A stretch of DNA of 64,000 nucleotides, taken from contig CAVXTP010000022.1 in NCBI GenBank assembly GCA_963764715.1, positions 576,001 to 640,000 on the forward strand. Reading direction: 5' to 3'. Origin of the DNA: an uncultured Acidobacteriota bacterium (GTDB taxonomy: Bacteria; Acidobacteriota; Thermoanaerobaculia; UBA5066; Gp7-AA6). The notes under the pieces were generated by a model that was not told the origin of the DNA, did not search any database, and was given only the letters and a program-made list of their open reading frames with translations. A program made the translations under genes and the position numbers. Positions 1 through 9,478 of this stretch are shown piece after piece (position 1 is the first letter of the stretch; every line of letters begins with the position of its first letter).

Positions 1-849
1 TACCGGCCGTGGATCGGGAACTACTGGTACGGAGCGCCGTGGACCTGGGGCTTCGGCGTCGGAATCAGCTGGAGCCCGTGGACCGGCTGGAACGTCGGCT
101 TCGGCTGGGGCGGGTATTACCCGATGTACCGCCCGTGGTGGGGACCGTACTACGGCTGGCGGCCGCGTCCGCCGCGGCCCGGAGCGTACCCGCCTTACTA
201 TCGCCCGGGGTACGGACGCCCGACGCCCTACCGGGCGACGAGCATCAACATCACCAACGTCAACGTCTACAACCGGCCGGGCATCGCTCGGCCCGGGGTC
301 CGCCCGGCCGCGCCTCCTTCGCGGCCCGTCACGCGCCCGGCGCCCGGGCAACCGGCGACGCGCCCGGGCACGCGCGCGGCCCCCTCGCAGCCGTCCACGC
401 GGCCTGGCCAACCGGCGACTCGTCCCGCGCCGGGTCAGCCGGCGACGCGCCCGGCGACCCGACCAGCGCCCTCGCGCCCCGACAACGTCTACGCCGGCCC
501 CGACGGGAACGTGTACCGTCCGCAGCCCGGCAAACCCGGAAACTGGGAGACGAACGATCGAGGGACCTGGAAGCCCGTCCAGTCCTCCCGGCCCGAGACG
601 CGCCCGGGCCGGCCGGCGGAGCCCCCCCAGCCCTCGACGCGCCCCGCGCCCTCGCAGCCTTCGGCCCGCCCGAGCCGGCCGACCGTCGACTCCGGCACGC
701 TCAACCAGCTTTCCCGGGACCAGCAGGGACGCCGCGCCGCCGACACCCGCATGAGCCCGCCGCCTTCGCGGCCGCCGACCTCGAGCGCGCGGCCGCCCTC
801 GCGCGCGCCGGCACCCTCGTCGCGCGCGCCGCAGCCGAAGAAGCCGTAG
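1..849 (+). CDS. 5'-truncated protein: Trp/Gly/Tyr-rich segment followed by a Pro/Arg-rich low-complexity tail
   Basis: Frame open from base 1 (YRPWIGNYWYGAPWTWGFGVGISWSPWTGW...) to TAG at 847-849; TRPAPGQPA repeats and an NVYAGPDGNVYR motif. Confidence 0.7.
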   Translation, partial: YRPWIGNYWYGAPWTWGFGVGISWSPWTGWNVGFGWGGYYPMYRPWWGPYYGWRPRPPRPGAYPPYYRPGYGRPTPYRATSINITNVNVYNRPGIARPGVRPAAPPSRPVTRPAPGQPATRPGTRAAPSQPSTRPGQPATRPAPGQPATRPATRPAPSRPDNVYAGPDGNVYRPQPGKPGNWETNDRGTWKPVQSSRPETRPGRPAEPPQPSTRPAPSQPSARPSRPTVDSGTLNQLSRDQQGRRAADTRMSPPPSRPPTSSARPPSRAPAPSSRAPQPKKP

Positions 850-859
850 GAGAAACGCG

Positions 860-1258
860 ATGGGCCGCTTCTTCATACGTCTCGTCGCCGCGGTCGCGCT
901 GCTGTTCGCGACGTACAACCCGGAGGGCCGTTCGTACTTTCACTGGCTGGCGCAGGGCAACTGGGAGTTCACTGCCCTGAAGGCCTTCGTCGGCGTCTGC
1001 CTCCTGGTTGGCTGGGTGTTTCTCCTGCGAGCGACCGTCCAGTCCCTCGGTGCGCTCGGCACCCTGCTCGCCTGCGCCTTCTTCGGGACGCTCATCTGGC
1101 TGATCGTCTCCTGGGCGCACCTCGAGCCGAAGACCTCCAAGGGCCTGACCTACCTGATCATGATCGGCCTCGCGGCCGTTCTCTCGACCGGGTCGATCTG
1201 GTCGATCTGGCGGCGCCGCATGACCGGCCAGGTCGACGTCGACGACACGCACGCGTAG
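860..1258 (+). CDS. Small multi-pass membrane protein (DUF6524-like)
   Basis: AGGAG SD; ATYNPEGRSYFHW motif; about 4 hydrophobic helices; C-terminal RRRMTGQVDVDD. Confidence 0.7.
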   Translation: MGRFFIRLVAAVALLFATYNPEGRSYFHWLAQGNWEFTALKAFVGVCLLVGWVFLLRATVQSLGALGTLLACAFFGTLIWLIVSWAHLEPKTSKGLTYLIMIGLAAVLSTGSIWSIWRRRMTGQVDVDDTHA

Positions 1259-1292
1259 CCGAACGACTCGAAGTTCGATAAAGGAGACAGCG

Positions 1293-1664
1293 ATGCTCAA
1301 AGGCTTTCGAGAATTCATCGCCCGGGGAAACGTCCTGGATCTGGCCGTCGGCGTCATCATCGGCGTCGCGTTCGGCGGAATCATCGACTCGCTCGTCAAG
1401 GACATCATCACGCCCATCATCGGAATGATCGGGGGAACGCCGGACTTCTCGGGGCTGAAGGTCGGCTCCGTCGGGATCGGCAACTTCATCAATGCGGTGA
1501 TCGCGTTCCTCATCAAGGCCGCCGGCCTCTACTTCCTGATCGTCGTCCCCTTCAATCGCTTCGCGAAGAAGCTCGCGGCGGCGCCGCCGCCGCCCGCGCC
1601 GCCCACGCAATCCGAAGTCCTTCTCAAGGAGATCCGCGACCTGCTCGCCCGACGCCCGGCATGA
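1293..1664 (+). CDS. mscL: Large-conductance mechanosensitive channel
   Basis: FREFIARGNVLDLAVGVIIG and C-terminal LLKEIRDLL; AAGGAG SD. Confidence 0.96.
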   Translation: MLKGFREFIARGNVLDLAVGVIIGVAFGGIIDSLVKDIITPIIGMIGGTPDFSGLKVGSVGIGNFINAVIAFLIKAAGLYFLIVVPFNRFAKKLAAAPPPPAPPTQSEVLLKEIRDLLARRPA

Positions 1665-2158
1665 GAGCGCGGGGAGCGGCGGCGTTCCTGCTCGTGCTGG
1701 TTCTCGGGTCGTGCGCCGGCCCGAAACCGCCGTCTCCCCCGCCGCCCGCCTCTCCGGCCCCCGCGCCCACCGTTCCACCTCCGCCGGCGCTCCCGCCGGT
1801 CGCCCCGACCGAGACGCCGGTCGCGCGGCCGACGGCGTTCCTGACGGGCACGGTGGTTTACCCCCAGCGGATGGCGTTGACACCCGAGGCCGAGGTCCAG
1901 ATCGAGCTGCGCGACGTCTCGATCCCGGACGCGGACTCCACGCTCGTCGCCAAGCAGGTGATCTCGACGCCCGGCCAGGTGCCGATCCCCTTCTCTCTCG
2001 AGTACGACCCGACGCTCATCACGCCGGGGCACACGTATGCCGTCTCGGCGCGGATCACCGACCGCGGCCAGCTCCAGTTCGTCACCGACGCGCGGATCTC
2101 CGTGCTCACGGACGGTGCGCCGGGACCGGTCGAGATTCTCGTCGTGCCGGTGCGCTAG
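1661..2158 (+). CDS. YbaY/YscW-family lipoprotein
   Basis: Lipobox VLGSC, Pro-rich linker, TGTVVYPQRMALTPEA...LRDVS..D, QVPIPFSLEYDP, YAVSARI; ATGA overlap with mscL. Confidence 0.85.
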   Translation: MRARGAAAFLLVLVLGSCAGPKPPSPPPPASPAPAPTVPPPPALPPVAPTETPVARPTAFLTGTVVYPQRMALTPEAEVQIELRDVSIPDADSTLVAKQVISTPGQVPIPFSLEYDPTLITPGHTYAVSARITDRGQLQFVTDARISVLTDGAPGPVEILVVPVR

Positions 2159-3549
2159 CTCGAGAAGCTGATCCCGAGCCGGTCGAGCGCCTTCAGGAGA
2201 AGTCCCGGCCGCCCGCCGGCGTCGACGCGCCGGAGCGCCCCGGTCACGAGTGCCACGGCCGCCCGGCGGAAAGGCTCGGGCGGGTAGGGGAACGGCTTCT
2301 TCTTCACGATCGCGAGGTCGAAGAGGGCGTGATCGAGCTCGAGCGCCCGGTGCGCGAGGATCCGCCCCGCGATGCGCGTCGACGCGATGCCGTGGCCCGT
2401 GTAGCCGAGCCCGTAGAAGAGCCGACCGGCCTCCGCGGTGCCGAAGAACGGCGTCAGCCGCGTCGTCGAGGCGATCGGCCCGCCCCAGCGGTACGGGAAC
2501 GCGAGCGTCGGCAGCTGCGGAAAGTGCCGCCGGAAGCTCGCCTCGAGCGCGGCGTAGTGGCGGGCGGAGTGATCGCACGCGGGGTCGACGCGATTGGAGG
2601 GGTAGTACGCCGCCTCGCTCGTGCCGAAGAGGATCCTCCCGTCCGCCGTCAGCCGGTAATAGTTGAAGAAGGTCCGGGCGTCCACGACGCCGCGCCCCGA
2701 ACGCCAGCCGATCGACTGCCGCTCCCCCGGAGTCAGGGGGTCGCTCACGAGGATGTAGTCGTAGAGCGGCAAGAACCTCCGCGCGAGCGACGGCCGGAGG
2801 CGATGCGAGTAGGCGTTGGCCGCGAGCACGACCTTCCGGCACTCGACGGTCCCTCCGCCCGCCGCGAGGAGGACCTTCCCCCGCCGGAACCGGATCGACG
2901 CGACGGGGCTGTTCTCGTGGATGCGAACGCCGATGCTCGCCGCGACGAGGCGGAGGCCCTCGGCGAGACGAACGGGGTCGACGAGACCGTTGCGCGGGGC
3001 GAGGAGCCCGCCGAGATACAACGGGCTGGCGAGCTCCGCCCGGGCCTCGGCGGCCGAAAGGACCTTCCACCCCGGCGAGCCGACCCGCTCGGCGGCCTCC
3101 CGCGCCTTCTCCAGCGCTTCGACGTGCGCGGGAGTGAGCGCGACGAGAAGCTGCCCCGGGCGCTCGAACCCCGCGTTGATCCCGCGCTCGCGCAGGAACG
3201 TCTCCATCGCGTCGAGGTTCTCGCGCCCGATGCGCGCCAGCCGCTTCGCCTCGTCGAGGCCGAAGTGCGCGATCGCGAGCTCGTGGGAATGGTCGATCGT
3301 CTCCCCCACGATCCCGGCGTTGCGGCCGCTCGCGCCGTGGCCCACGAGGCCCTGTTCGAGGATCGTCACGCGCCGGCGCGGCTCGAGCTCCTTGAGAAAG
3401 AGCGCCGTCCAGAGTCCCGTGTAGCCGCCGCCGATGATGGCGACGTCGGCCTCCTCGGCGCCCTGGAGGGGCTCGGGCGCCTTCCGGGCCCGCCGCTGCG
3501 CCATCCAGTAGCAGGACTGGTCGATCGGGAGGCTGGCGGCTTCGTTCAC
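2155..3549 (-). CDS. FAD-dependent amine oxidoreductase (DAO/PuuB-like)
   Basis: IIGGGYTGL dinucleotide motif, GASGRNAG, YRWGG, GYTGHG; lies in a polyamine cluster. Confidence 0.85.
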   Translation of the reverse strand: MNEAASLPIDQSCYWMAQRRARKAPEPLQGAEEADVAIIGGGYTGLWTALFLKELEPRRRVTILEQGLVGHGASGRNAGIVGETIDHSHELAIAHFGLDEAKRLARIGRENLDAMETFLRERGINAGFERPGQLLVALTPAHVEALEKAREAAERVGSPGWKVLSAAEARAELASPLYLGGLLAPRNGLVDPVRLAEGLRLVAASIGVRIHENSPVASIRFRRGKVLLAAGGGTVECRKVVLAANAYSHRLRPSLARRFLPLYDYILVSDPLTPGERQSIGWRSGRGVVDARTFFNYYRLTADGRILFGTSEAAYYPSNRVDPACDHSARHYAALEASFRRHFPQLPTLAFPYRWGGPIASTTRLTPFFGTAEAGRLFYGLGYTGHGIASTRIAGRILAHRALELDHALFDLAIVKKKPFPYPPEPFRRAAVALVTGALRRVDAGGRPGLLLKALDRLGISFSS

Positions 3550-3586
3550 GTTCCCGGCGCCGGGACGGGGCTCCCCCCGGCCCGTT

Positions 3587-4936
3587 CTACAGGCGGTGCG
3601 CCTTCTCGACCTCGACGAGCGAGGCTTCGAGGGCCGCGAGGAACTTGTCGATCTCGGGATAGCTGATCGTCAGCGGCGGCTCGACACGGAGCACCTGGGC
3701 GTTGATGTAGGTCCCGGAGATCAGGATTCCGCGGCCGAAGAGCGCCTTCGCGACGGCGTATCCGAGGTCGTGGCTCTGGAACTCCATCCCCAGCATGAGG
3801 CCGCGCCCGCGCGCGCCGGCCATGACCTTCGGGTGCTTCTGGGCGAGCGTGTTCATCCTCGGCAGGAGGTACTCCCCCTTCTCGCCGGCCTGCTTCGGGA
3901 GGTCCTCATCGAGCAGCACGTTGATCGTGGCGATCGCCGCCGCGCAGCACACGGGGTTGCCGCCGAAGGTCGTCGTGTGGAGAAACGGGTTCTCGATGTA
4001 CTTCTCCCAGGTCTTCGGCGTTCCGACGCACGCCCCGATCGGCATGACGCCGCCGCCGAACCCCTTCCCGAGGGCCATGAGGTCCGGCACGACGCCGTCG
4101 TGCTCGCAGCAGAACATCTTTCCGCTCCGGCCCATGCCGCTCTGGACTTCGTCGAAGACCAGCATCGCCCCGTACTTGTCGCAGATCTCGCGGGCCGCGG
4201 CGAGATACCCCGGGGGCGCGACGTTGATGCCGCCCTCGCCCTGGATCGGCTCGATGACGACGGCCGCGACCCGGTCGCCCGAGAAGTCTCCGCTCGCGAC
4301 GATCATCCGGAGGGCATCGACGTCGCCGAACGGAACGTGCGTCCAGCGCTTCAGGGGCAGGAACGGCTCGCGGAACACGGCCTTGGAGGTCCCGCCGAGC
4401 GAGCCGAGCGACTTCCCGTGGAACGCGCCGATCGTCCCGACGAAATGGTGCCGGCCGGTCGTGAGGATCGACATCTTGAGGCAGGCCTCGATCGACTCGG
4501 TTCCGGAGTTGGTGAAGAAGGCGTACTGGAGATCGCCCGGGGTGATCATCGCGACGAGGTGGGCGAGGTAGGTCCGGAGGGGGTCGATCAGCTCCTGGGA
4601 GTGGATCGCCTGGCGGTCGAGCTGCTCCCGGACCGCCTTCAGGACCCTGGGGTGCCGGTGGCCGGTGACGTAGATGCCGAAGCCGCCCAGGATGTCCAGG
4701 AACTCCTTGCCCTGGATGTCGTAGAAGACGGATCCCTCGTCCCGCCACTCGACCGCCGTGTAGTCGGTCGACACGGACTTCCGGTACTCGAGGAACGCCG
4801 GGTTGACGTTCTCGGTCCAGTAACGGACCGAGTCCTCGATCACCTTCTTCTGCTCGGGCGGCGTGAGGCTCTTCTTACCGATGAGATCCAGCACGTACGC
4901 GGACTCCGCGCGCGCGCCCTGAAGGTTCTGGCCCAT
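3587..4936 (-). CDS. patA: Putrescine/diamine aminotransferase (class III PLP), copy 1
   Basis: NPAFLEYRKSV, LGGFGIY, SQELIDPLR, FHGKSLGSL, DEVQSGMGRSG, HTTTFGGNP, LRVEPPL. Confidence 0.85.
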   Translation of the reverse strand: MGQNLQGARAESAYVLDLIGKKSLTPPEQKKVIEDSVRYWTENVNPAFLEYRKSVSTDYTAVEWRDEGSVFYDIQGKEFLDILGGFGIYVTGHRHPRVLKAVREQLDRQAIHSQELIDPLRTYLAHLVAMITPGDLQYAFFTNSGTESIEACLKMSILTTGRHHFVGTIGAFHGKSLGSLGGTSKAVFREPFLPLKRWTHVPFGDVDALRMIVASGDFSGDRVAAVVIEPIQGEGGINVAPPGYLAAAREICDKYGAMLVFDEVQSGMGRSGKMFCCEHDGVVPDLMALGKGFGGGVMPIGACVGTPKTWEKYIENPFLHTTTFGGNPVCCAAAIATINVLLDEDLPKQAGEKGEYLLPRMNTLAQKHPKVMAGARGRGLMLGMEFQSHDLGYAVAKALFGRGILISGTYINAQVLRVEPPLTISYPEIDKFLAALEASLVEVEKAHRL

Positions 4937-4988
4937 GGGATGCGTCTCCTGTTCGTGGTGGCGGCCGCCGTCGCGCGGCCGCCCGGAA

Positions 4989-6422
4989 TCATACCGAAGC
5001 CCGCGACCGGACCGCCTTCGGCATGAGGAAATACCCGGCGACGATCGTCACGAGCGTCAGGGCGCCGAGGATGATGGCCTCTTTCAAAGGATCCTGGCTC
5101 GTCGGCGACGGCACGAAGAAGAGAACGCACGCACCGAAGATGTAGAGCGTGCAGAGCCACGCCGCCGCGGCCGCCGCGACGCGTCCGCCCGGCACGCGGT
5201 AGGGGCGCGGCTGGTTGGGCCGGGTTCGGCGCAGGACGAGAAAGGCCGGGAAAACCAGGAGATAGCAGAGGAGCAGGCAGAGCGCCGTCACGCGGAACGT
5301 CATCCAGAATATGTTCGACTGGCTGTTCGAGAGGAGCGCACCCCCCACGAGAAGGCCGGTCGACACGACACCCATCGCGACGAACGCGAGATGCGGCGTC
5401 TTGAAGCGCGGGTGGAGCCGGCCGAGCACCGCCGGGAGCATCCCCTCCTCGGCCGCGACGGCGGCCACACGGTTGGCCCCCAGGCTCCACGTCACGACGT
5501 TGGCGACGCAGGCGTACAGGAACCCGATTCCGAGACAGAACACCGCCAGGTCGCCCGCGCGGCCCCACTGCTTCCCGAGGATGACGAGCGCGTCCCAGGT
5601 CCCGGTGACGATCGAGAGCTTTCCCGCCGGGACTGCGAAGAGGATTCCGCCGATCGCGAAGGAGTAGAGGATCGCGATCAGCGCTCCCGACCAGAGAATG
5701 ACGCTCGGCACGTCGCGTTTTGGGTGGCGCATCTCGCCCCCCGCGGAGCTCATGAGCTCGAAGCCGAAAGTCGAGTAAAGGAGGGCCGGAAGATACGCGA
5801 CGCTATCGTTCCACTTCGGCACCAGGCTCGACAGCGAGAATTCGTTGGCCGGCGGCTTGCCCCCGAAGAGCGCCGAGAGCCCCAGGACGCCGAGCCCGAG
5901 GAAGATGAGGGCCTTGACGACCGCGCCGAGGTTCGGCAGCCACTTCGAGACCTCGAGCCGGACGATCCCCACGAGGACCGTCAGCCAGGTCAGAACGATC
6001 GCGATTCCGGCCTCCTGCCAGGTCGAGTGGGTCTTCAGGAAGATCTGGCCGAACGTCCCGGCGAAGATCAGATAGACCGAGGGGGCCCAGGTCGCGTTGT
6101 TGATCCAGTACATCCAGGCGGCCATGGAGCCCCACTTCGGCCCGAACGCCTCGCGAACCCAGACGTAGACGCCGCCCTCCCCCGGCCAGGCCGAGCCCAG
6201 CTCGGCCGTGATCAGGCCGTACGGGATGAAGAAGACCGTCATCGTGATGACCCACCAGGAGAACCACGAGTAGCCCATCGCGGCCGAGGAGGCGAGGGTG
6301 TCGATCGTGAGGATCGCGCAGACGGTGAAGAGGACGAGGTCGGTCCGGCCCAGGACGCGCTCCAGGGCCGGCAGGGCCGTCCCCGGGATCGTCTCAGTAT
6401 GCCCGCCGGTCATATTGGTCAC
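4989..6422 (-). CDS. APC-family amino acid/polyamine permease
   Basis: About 12 TM helices; AELGSAWPGEGGVYVWVREAFG; GFELMSSAGGEM; alternative ATG at 6413. Confidence 0.88.
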   Translation of the reverse strand: MTNMTGGHTETIPGTALPALERVLGRTDLVLFTVCAILTIDTLASSAAMGYSWFSWWVITMTVFFIPYGLITAELGSAWPGEGGVYVWVREAFGPKWGSMAAWMYWINNATWAPSVYLIFAGTFGQIFLKTHSTWQEAGIAIVLTWLTVLVGIVRLEVSKWLPNLGAVVKALIFLGLGVLGLSALFGGKPPANEFSLSSLVPKWNDSVAYLPALLYSTFGFELMSSAGGEMRHPKRDVPSVILWSGALIAILYSFAIGGILFAVPAGKLSIVTGTWDALVILGKQWGRAGDLAVFCLGIGFLYACVANVVTWSLGANRVAAVAAEEGMLPAVLGRLHPRFKTPHLAFVAMGVVSTGLLVGGALLSNSQSNIFWMTFRVTALCLLLCYLLVFPAFLVLRRTRPNQPRPYRVPGGRVAAAAAAWLCTLYIFGACVLFFVPSPTSQDPLKEAIILGALTLVTIVAGYFLMPKAVRSRASV

Positions 6423-6549
6423 GCAATCCTATCCTCGCAAAGCGCTCCGGCACAACAACTTCCGGGCGTTCCGCGCGAGTTCCCGGGCCCGGCGGAGGGG
6501 GTTCCGCGTGATAGGCTCGGCCCTCCTTTCAGCCGGCCAGGAACTTCAC

Positions 6550-7866
6550 ATGCCCGCTTCGATTCGCCTGAAAACCGCCGTCCCCGGTCCCCGTTCCCGG
6601 GCACTCGCCGCCCGGCGGGATGCCGCGGTCCCCCGGGGGATCGGCCACTCCACCCCGGTCTACGCCGAAAGCGCCCTGGGGGCCCTCCTGACCGACGTCG
6701 ACGGCAACGTCTTCATCGACTTCGCCGGGGGTATCGGGACCCTGAATGCCGGCCACGCCAACCCGGAGGTTGTCCGGGCCGCCTCGGAGCAGCTCTCGCG
6801 GATGACGCACACCTGCTTCTCGGTCGCCCCCTACGAGGGCTACGTCGCCCTGGCCGAGACCCTCAACCGGATCACGCCGGGCCGCCACGCCAAGAAGACC
6901 ATGCTCGCCAACAGCGGCGCCGAGGCCCTCGAGAACGCCGTGAAGATCGCCCGGCACGCGACCGGGCGAGATGCGGTCGTCGTCTTCGAGCACGCCTTCC
7001 ACGGACGCACGCTCCTGACGATGAGCATGACGTCGAAAGTCCGGCCCTACAAGTTCGGCTTCGGGCCCTTCGCCGCCGAGATCTACCGGCTGCCCTTCCC
7101 CTACGAATACCGCGGCCACTACGCCGGCCCGGCCGCCGCCGCGGCCGAGCTCGAGGAGTTCTTCAAGACCCAGGTCGCCGCCGAGAAAGTCGCCTGTATC
7201 GTCGTCGAGCTCGTGCTCGGCGAGGGCGGCTTCATCGTCGCGCCGCTCGACTGGGTGAATCTCCTCATCCGGTTCTGCCGCGACCACGGGATCCTGCTCG
7301 TCGTCGACGAGGTCCAGACCGGCTTCGGACGGACCGGGCGGATGTTCGCGTCCGAGCACTACGACCTCGAACCCGACATCATGACGATGGCCAAGTCGCT
7401 CGGGGGCGGGCTGCCGATCTCCGCGATCACCGGCCGCGCCGAGATCATGGACAGCGCGCAGGTCGGCGGCCTCGGCGGCACCTACACCGGCAACCCTGTC
7501 GCCTGCGCCGCGGCCCTGGCGGCCATCGGATCGATCGAGCGGCACCGCCTCCCCGAGCGGGCGAGCGCCATCGGGACCGAGGTCGAGAGGCGTTTCCGCG
7601 GTTTCCTCGACCGCTTTCCCTTCGTCGGCGACGAACGGGGTCTCGGCGCGATGCGCGCCCTCGAGCTCGTCAAGCACCGCGACACGAAGGAGCCCGACAA
7701 GGAGCGCACCGACCGCGTGATCCGGAAGGCGTACGAGACGGGACTCCTCCTCGTGGGGGCCGGGACCTACGGCAACGTCATCCGCACGCTCATGCCCCTC
7801 GTCATCACCGACGGCGAGCTCACGGAAGGCCTGGATGTTCTCGAGAATGCGCTCGCCGAAGCCTGA
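6550..7866 (+). CDS. gabT: 4-aminobutyrate aminotransferase
   Basis: DFAGGIG, THTCF, NSGAEALENAVKIAR, FHGRT, DEVQTGFGRTG, GGTYTGNP; start at ATG 6550 rather than ORF start 6298. Confidence 0.92.
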   Translation: MPASIRLKTAVPGPRSRALAARRDAAVPRGIGHSTPVYAESALGALLTDVDGNVFIDFAGGIGTLNAGHANPEVVRAASEQLSRMTHTCFSVAPYEGYVALAETLNRITPGRHAKKTMLANSGAEALENAVKIARHATGRDAVVVFEHAFHGRTLLTMSMTSKVRPYKFGFGPFAAEIYRLPFPYEYRGHYAGPAAAAAELEEFFKTQVAAEKVACIVVELVLGEGGFIVAPLDWVNLLIRFCRDHGILLVVDEVQTGFGRTGRMFASEHYDLEPDIMTMAKSLGGGLPISAITGRAEIMDSAQVGGLGGTYTGNPVACAAALAAIGSIERHRLPERASAIGTEVERRFRGFLDRFPFVGDERGLGAMRALELVKHRDTKEPDKERTDRVIRKAYETGLLLVGAGTYGNVIRTLMPLVITDGELTEGLDVLENALAEA

Positions 7867-7886
7867 GGACTCTCGGGCCCTGGTAC

Positions 7887-8001
7887 GTAGGGGCGGGGCT
7901 CGTCCCCGCCCTCGCGCGGCCGCGGTCCGTCCACCAGAGTCCGGCCCCTGGCAGAAGGAGGCGCCGTCCGCAGGACGGCGACAACCCAGGGCCGCCCCGA
8001 C
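7887..8001. repeat. GTAG-type REP-like palindromes (pair)
   Basis: GTAGGGGCGGGGCTCGTCCCCGCCCTC at 7887-7913; diverged inverted copy (GTCGGGGCGGCCCT...) at 7974-8001. Confidence 0.7.
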
Positions 8002-8107
8002 AACCGGGGGCCGGACTCGCAGGCACCTCTTCTGCGTCGGGGACTCTTAGCGGCCGTCCCCCAGCGGCTCACGGAATCTTGGATCCGCACCACGAACGGG
8101 GACGCAC

Positions 8108-9478
8108 ATGAATACGCAGGAGCTCATCCGGGAATCCCAGCGGTGGCTCGACATCATCTCGGCGCCCACCTTGACGGCCGAGCAGAAGGAAGCGATCCAG
8201 AAGGACACGGTCGACAACTTTCAGTTCTATTACAACCGCGGCTACCTCGAGTACCGCAAGTCCGTCGTCGAGATGCGCGAAGACCCCGCGCTCGAATGGG
8301 TCGGCGAGGGCTCGACGTTCGAGGACCTCTCGGGCCGCACCTACATCGACTGCCTCGGCGGTTACGGCATCTACAGCGCCGGCATCCGGCACCCCAAGGT
8401 CGTCCGGGCCGTCGCGGACCAGCTCCAGCGGATGCCGCTTTCGAGCCAGGAGTTGCTGGATCCCTTGCGCGGGGCGCTCGCGGAGCTTCTCGGCGAGATC
8501 ACGCCGGGAGACCTCCAGTACTCCTTCTTCATCAACAACGGGACCGACGCGGTCGAGGGGGCGATCAAGCTTGCCCGGGTCTATACCGGCAAGACGAACT
8601 TCATCAGCTCGCTCCGCGGCTTCCACGGCAAGAGCTGCGGTTCGCTGTCGCTGCTCGGTCGCTGGGAGTACCGCGAGCCGTTCCTGCCGCTCCTGCCCGG
8701 AATCCACTTCGTCGAGTTCGGCGACGCCGAGGCGGTCGAGGACGAGCTCTACAAGGCCGACCAGACCGGCAAGGGCATCGCGGCCGTCATCATGGAGCCC
8801 ATCCAGGGCGAGGCCGGCGCCATCGTCCCGCCCGACGACTTCTGGCCCCGCATCCGCAAGGCCTGCGACGAGTACGGGACGCTGCTGATTGCCGACGAGG
8901 TCCAGACGGGCCTCGGCCGGACCGGGAAGCTCTTCGGCGTCGACCACTGGAAGGTCGTGCCCGACATCATGTGCCTCGGCAAGGCGCTCGGCGGCGGGGT
9001 CATGCCGCTGTCGGCCTTCATCTCGACGCCCAAGATCTGGGGCGTCCTCGAGAAGAACCCGTTCATTCATTCGTCGACGTTCGGCGGCAACCCGCTCGCC
9101 TGCGCGGCCGGCATCGCCGCCATCAACGTGACCCTCGAGGAAGACCTGTCGGGCCAGGCGGCCCGCAAGGGGAAGTACCTCCTGGCGCAACTGATCCGCC
9201 TGAAGATGCGCTTTGACCGCCTGCTCCACCGCGTGGGCGGCCGGGGGCTTCTGCTCGGGCTCGAGTTCATGAACACCGAGATCGGCTACAAGGTCGTGGC
9301 CGGTCTCTTCCGGCGCGGCGTCCTCGTCGCCGGAACCCTGACGAACTCCAAGGTCGTCCGCATCGAGCCGGCCCTCAACATCCCGGACCGTTACATCAAG
9401 GACATCCTCGGCGCCCTCGAGGAAACGCTCAAGGAGGTCGACGCCGAGACGCCCGACATCAAGCCGGACGAGGAGTGA
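8108..9478 (+). CDS. patA: Putrescine/diamine aminotransferase (class III PLP), copy 2
   Basis: YLEYRKSV, DCLGGYGIY, SQELLDPLR, DEVQTGLGRTG, GKALGGG, HSSTFGGNP, VRIEPAL. Confidence 0.8.
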   Translation: MNTQELIRESQRWLDIISAPTLTAEQKEAIQKDTVDNFQFYYNRGYLEYRKSVVEMREDPALEWVGEGSTFEDLSGRTYIDCLGGYGIYSAGIRHPKVVRAVADQLQRMPLSSQELLDPLRGALAELLGEITPGDLQYSFFINNGTDAVEGAIKLARVYTGKTNFISSLRGFHGKSCGSLSLLGRWEYREPFLPLLPGIHFVEFGDAEAVEDELYKADQTGKGIAAVIMEPIQGEAGAIVPPDDFWPRIRKACDEYGTLLIADEVQTGLGRTGKLFGVDHWKVVPDIMCLGKALGGGVMPLSAFISTPKIWGVLEKNPFIHSSTFGGNPLACAAGIAAINVTLEEDLSGQAARKGKYLLAQLIRLKMRFDRLLHRVGGRGLLLGLEFMNTEIGYKVVAGLFRRGVLVAGTLTNSKVVRIEPALNIPDRYIKDILGALEETLKEVDAETPDIKPDEE

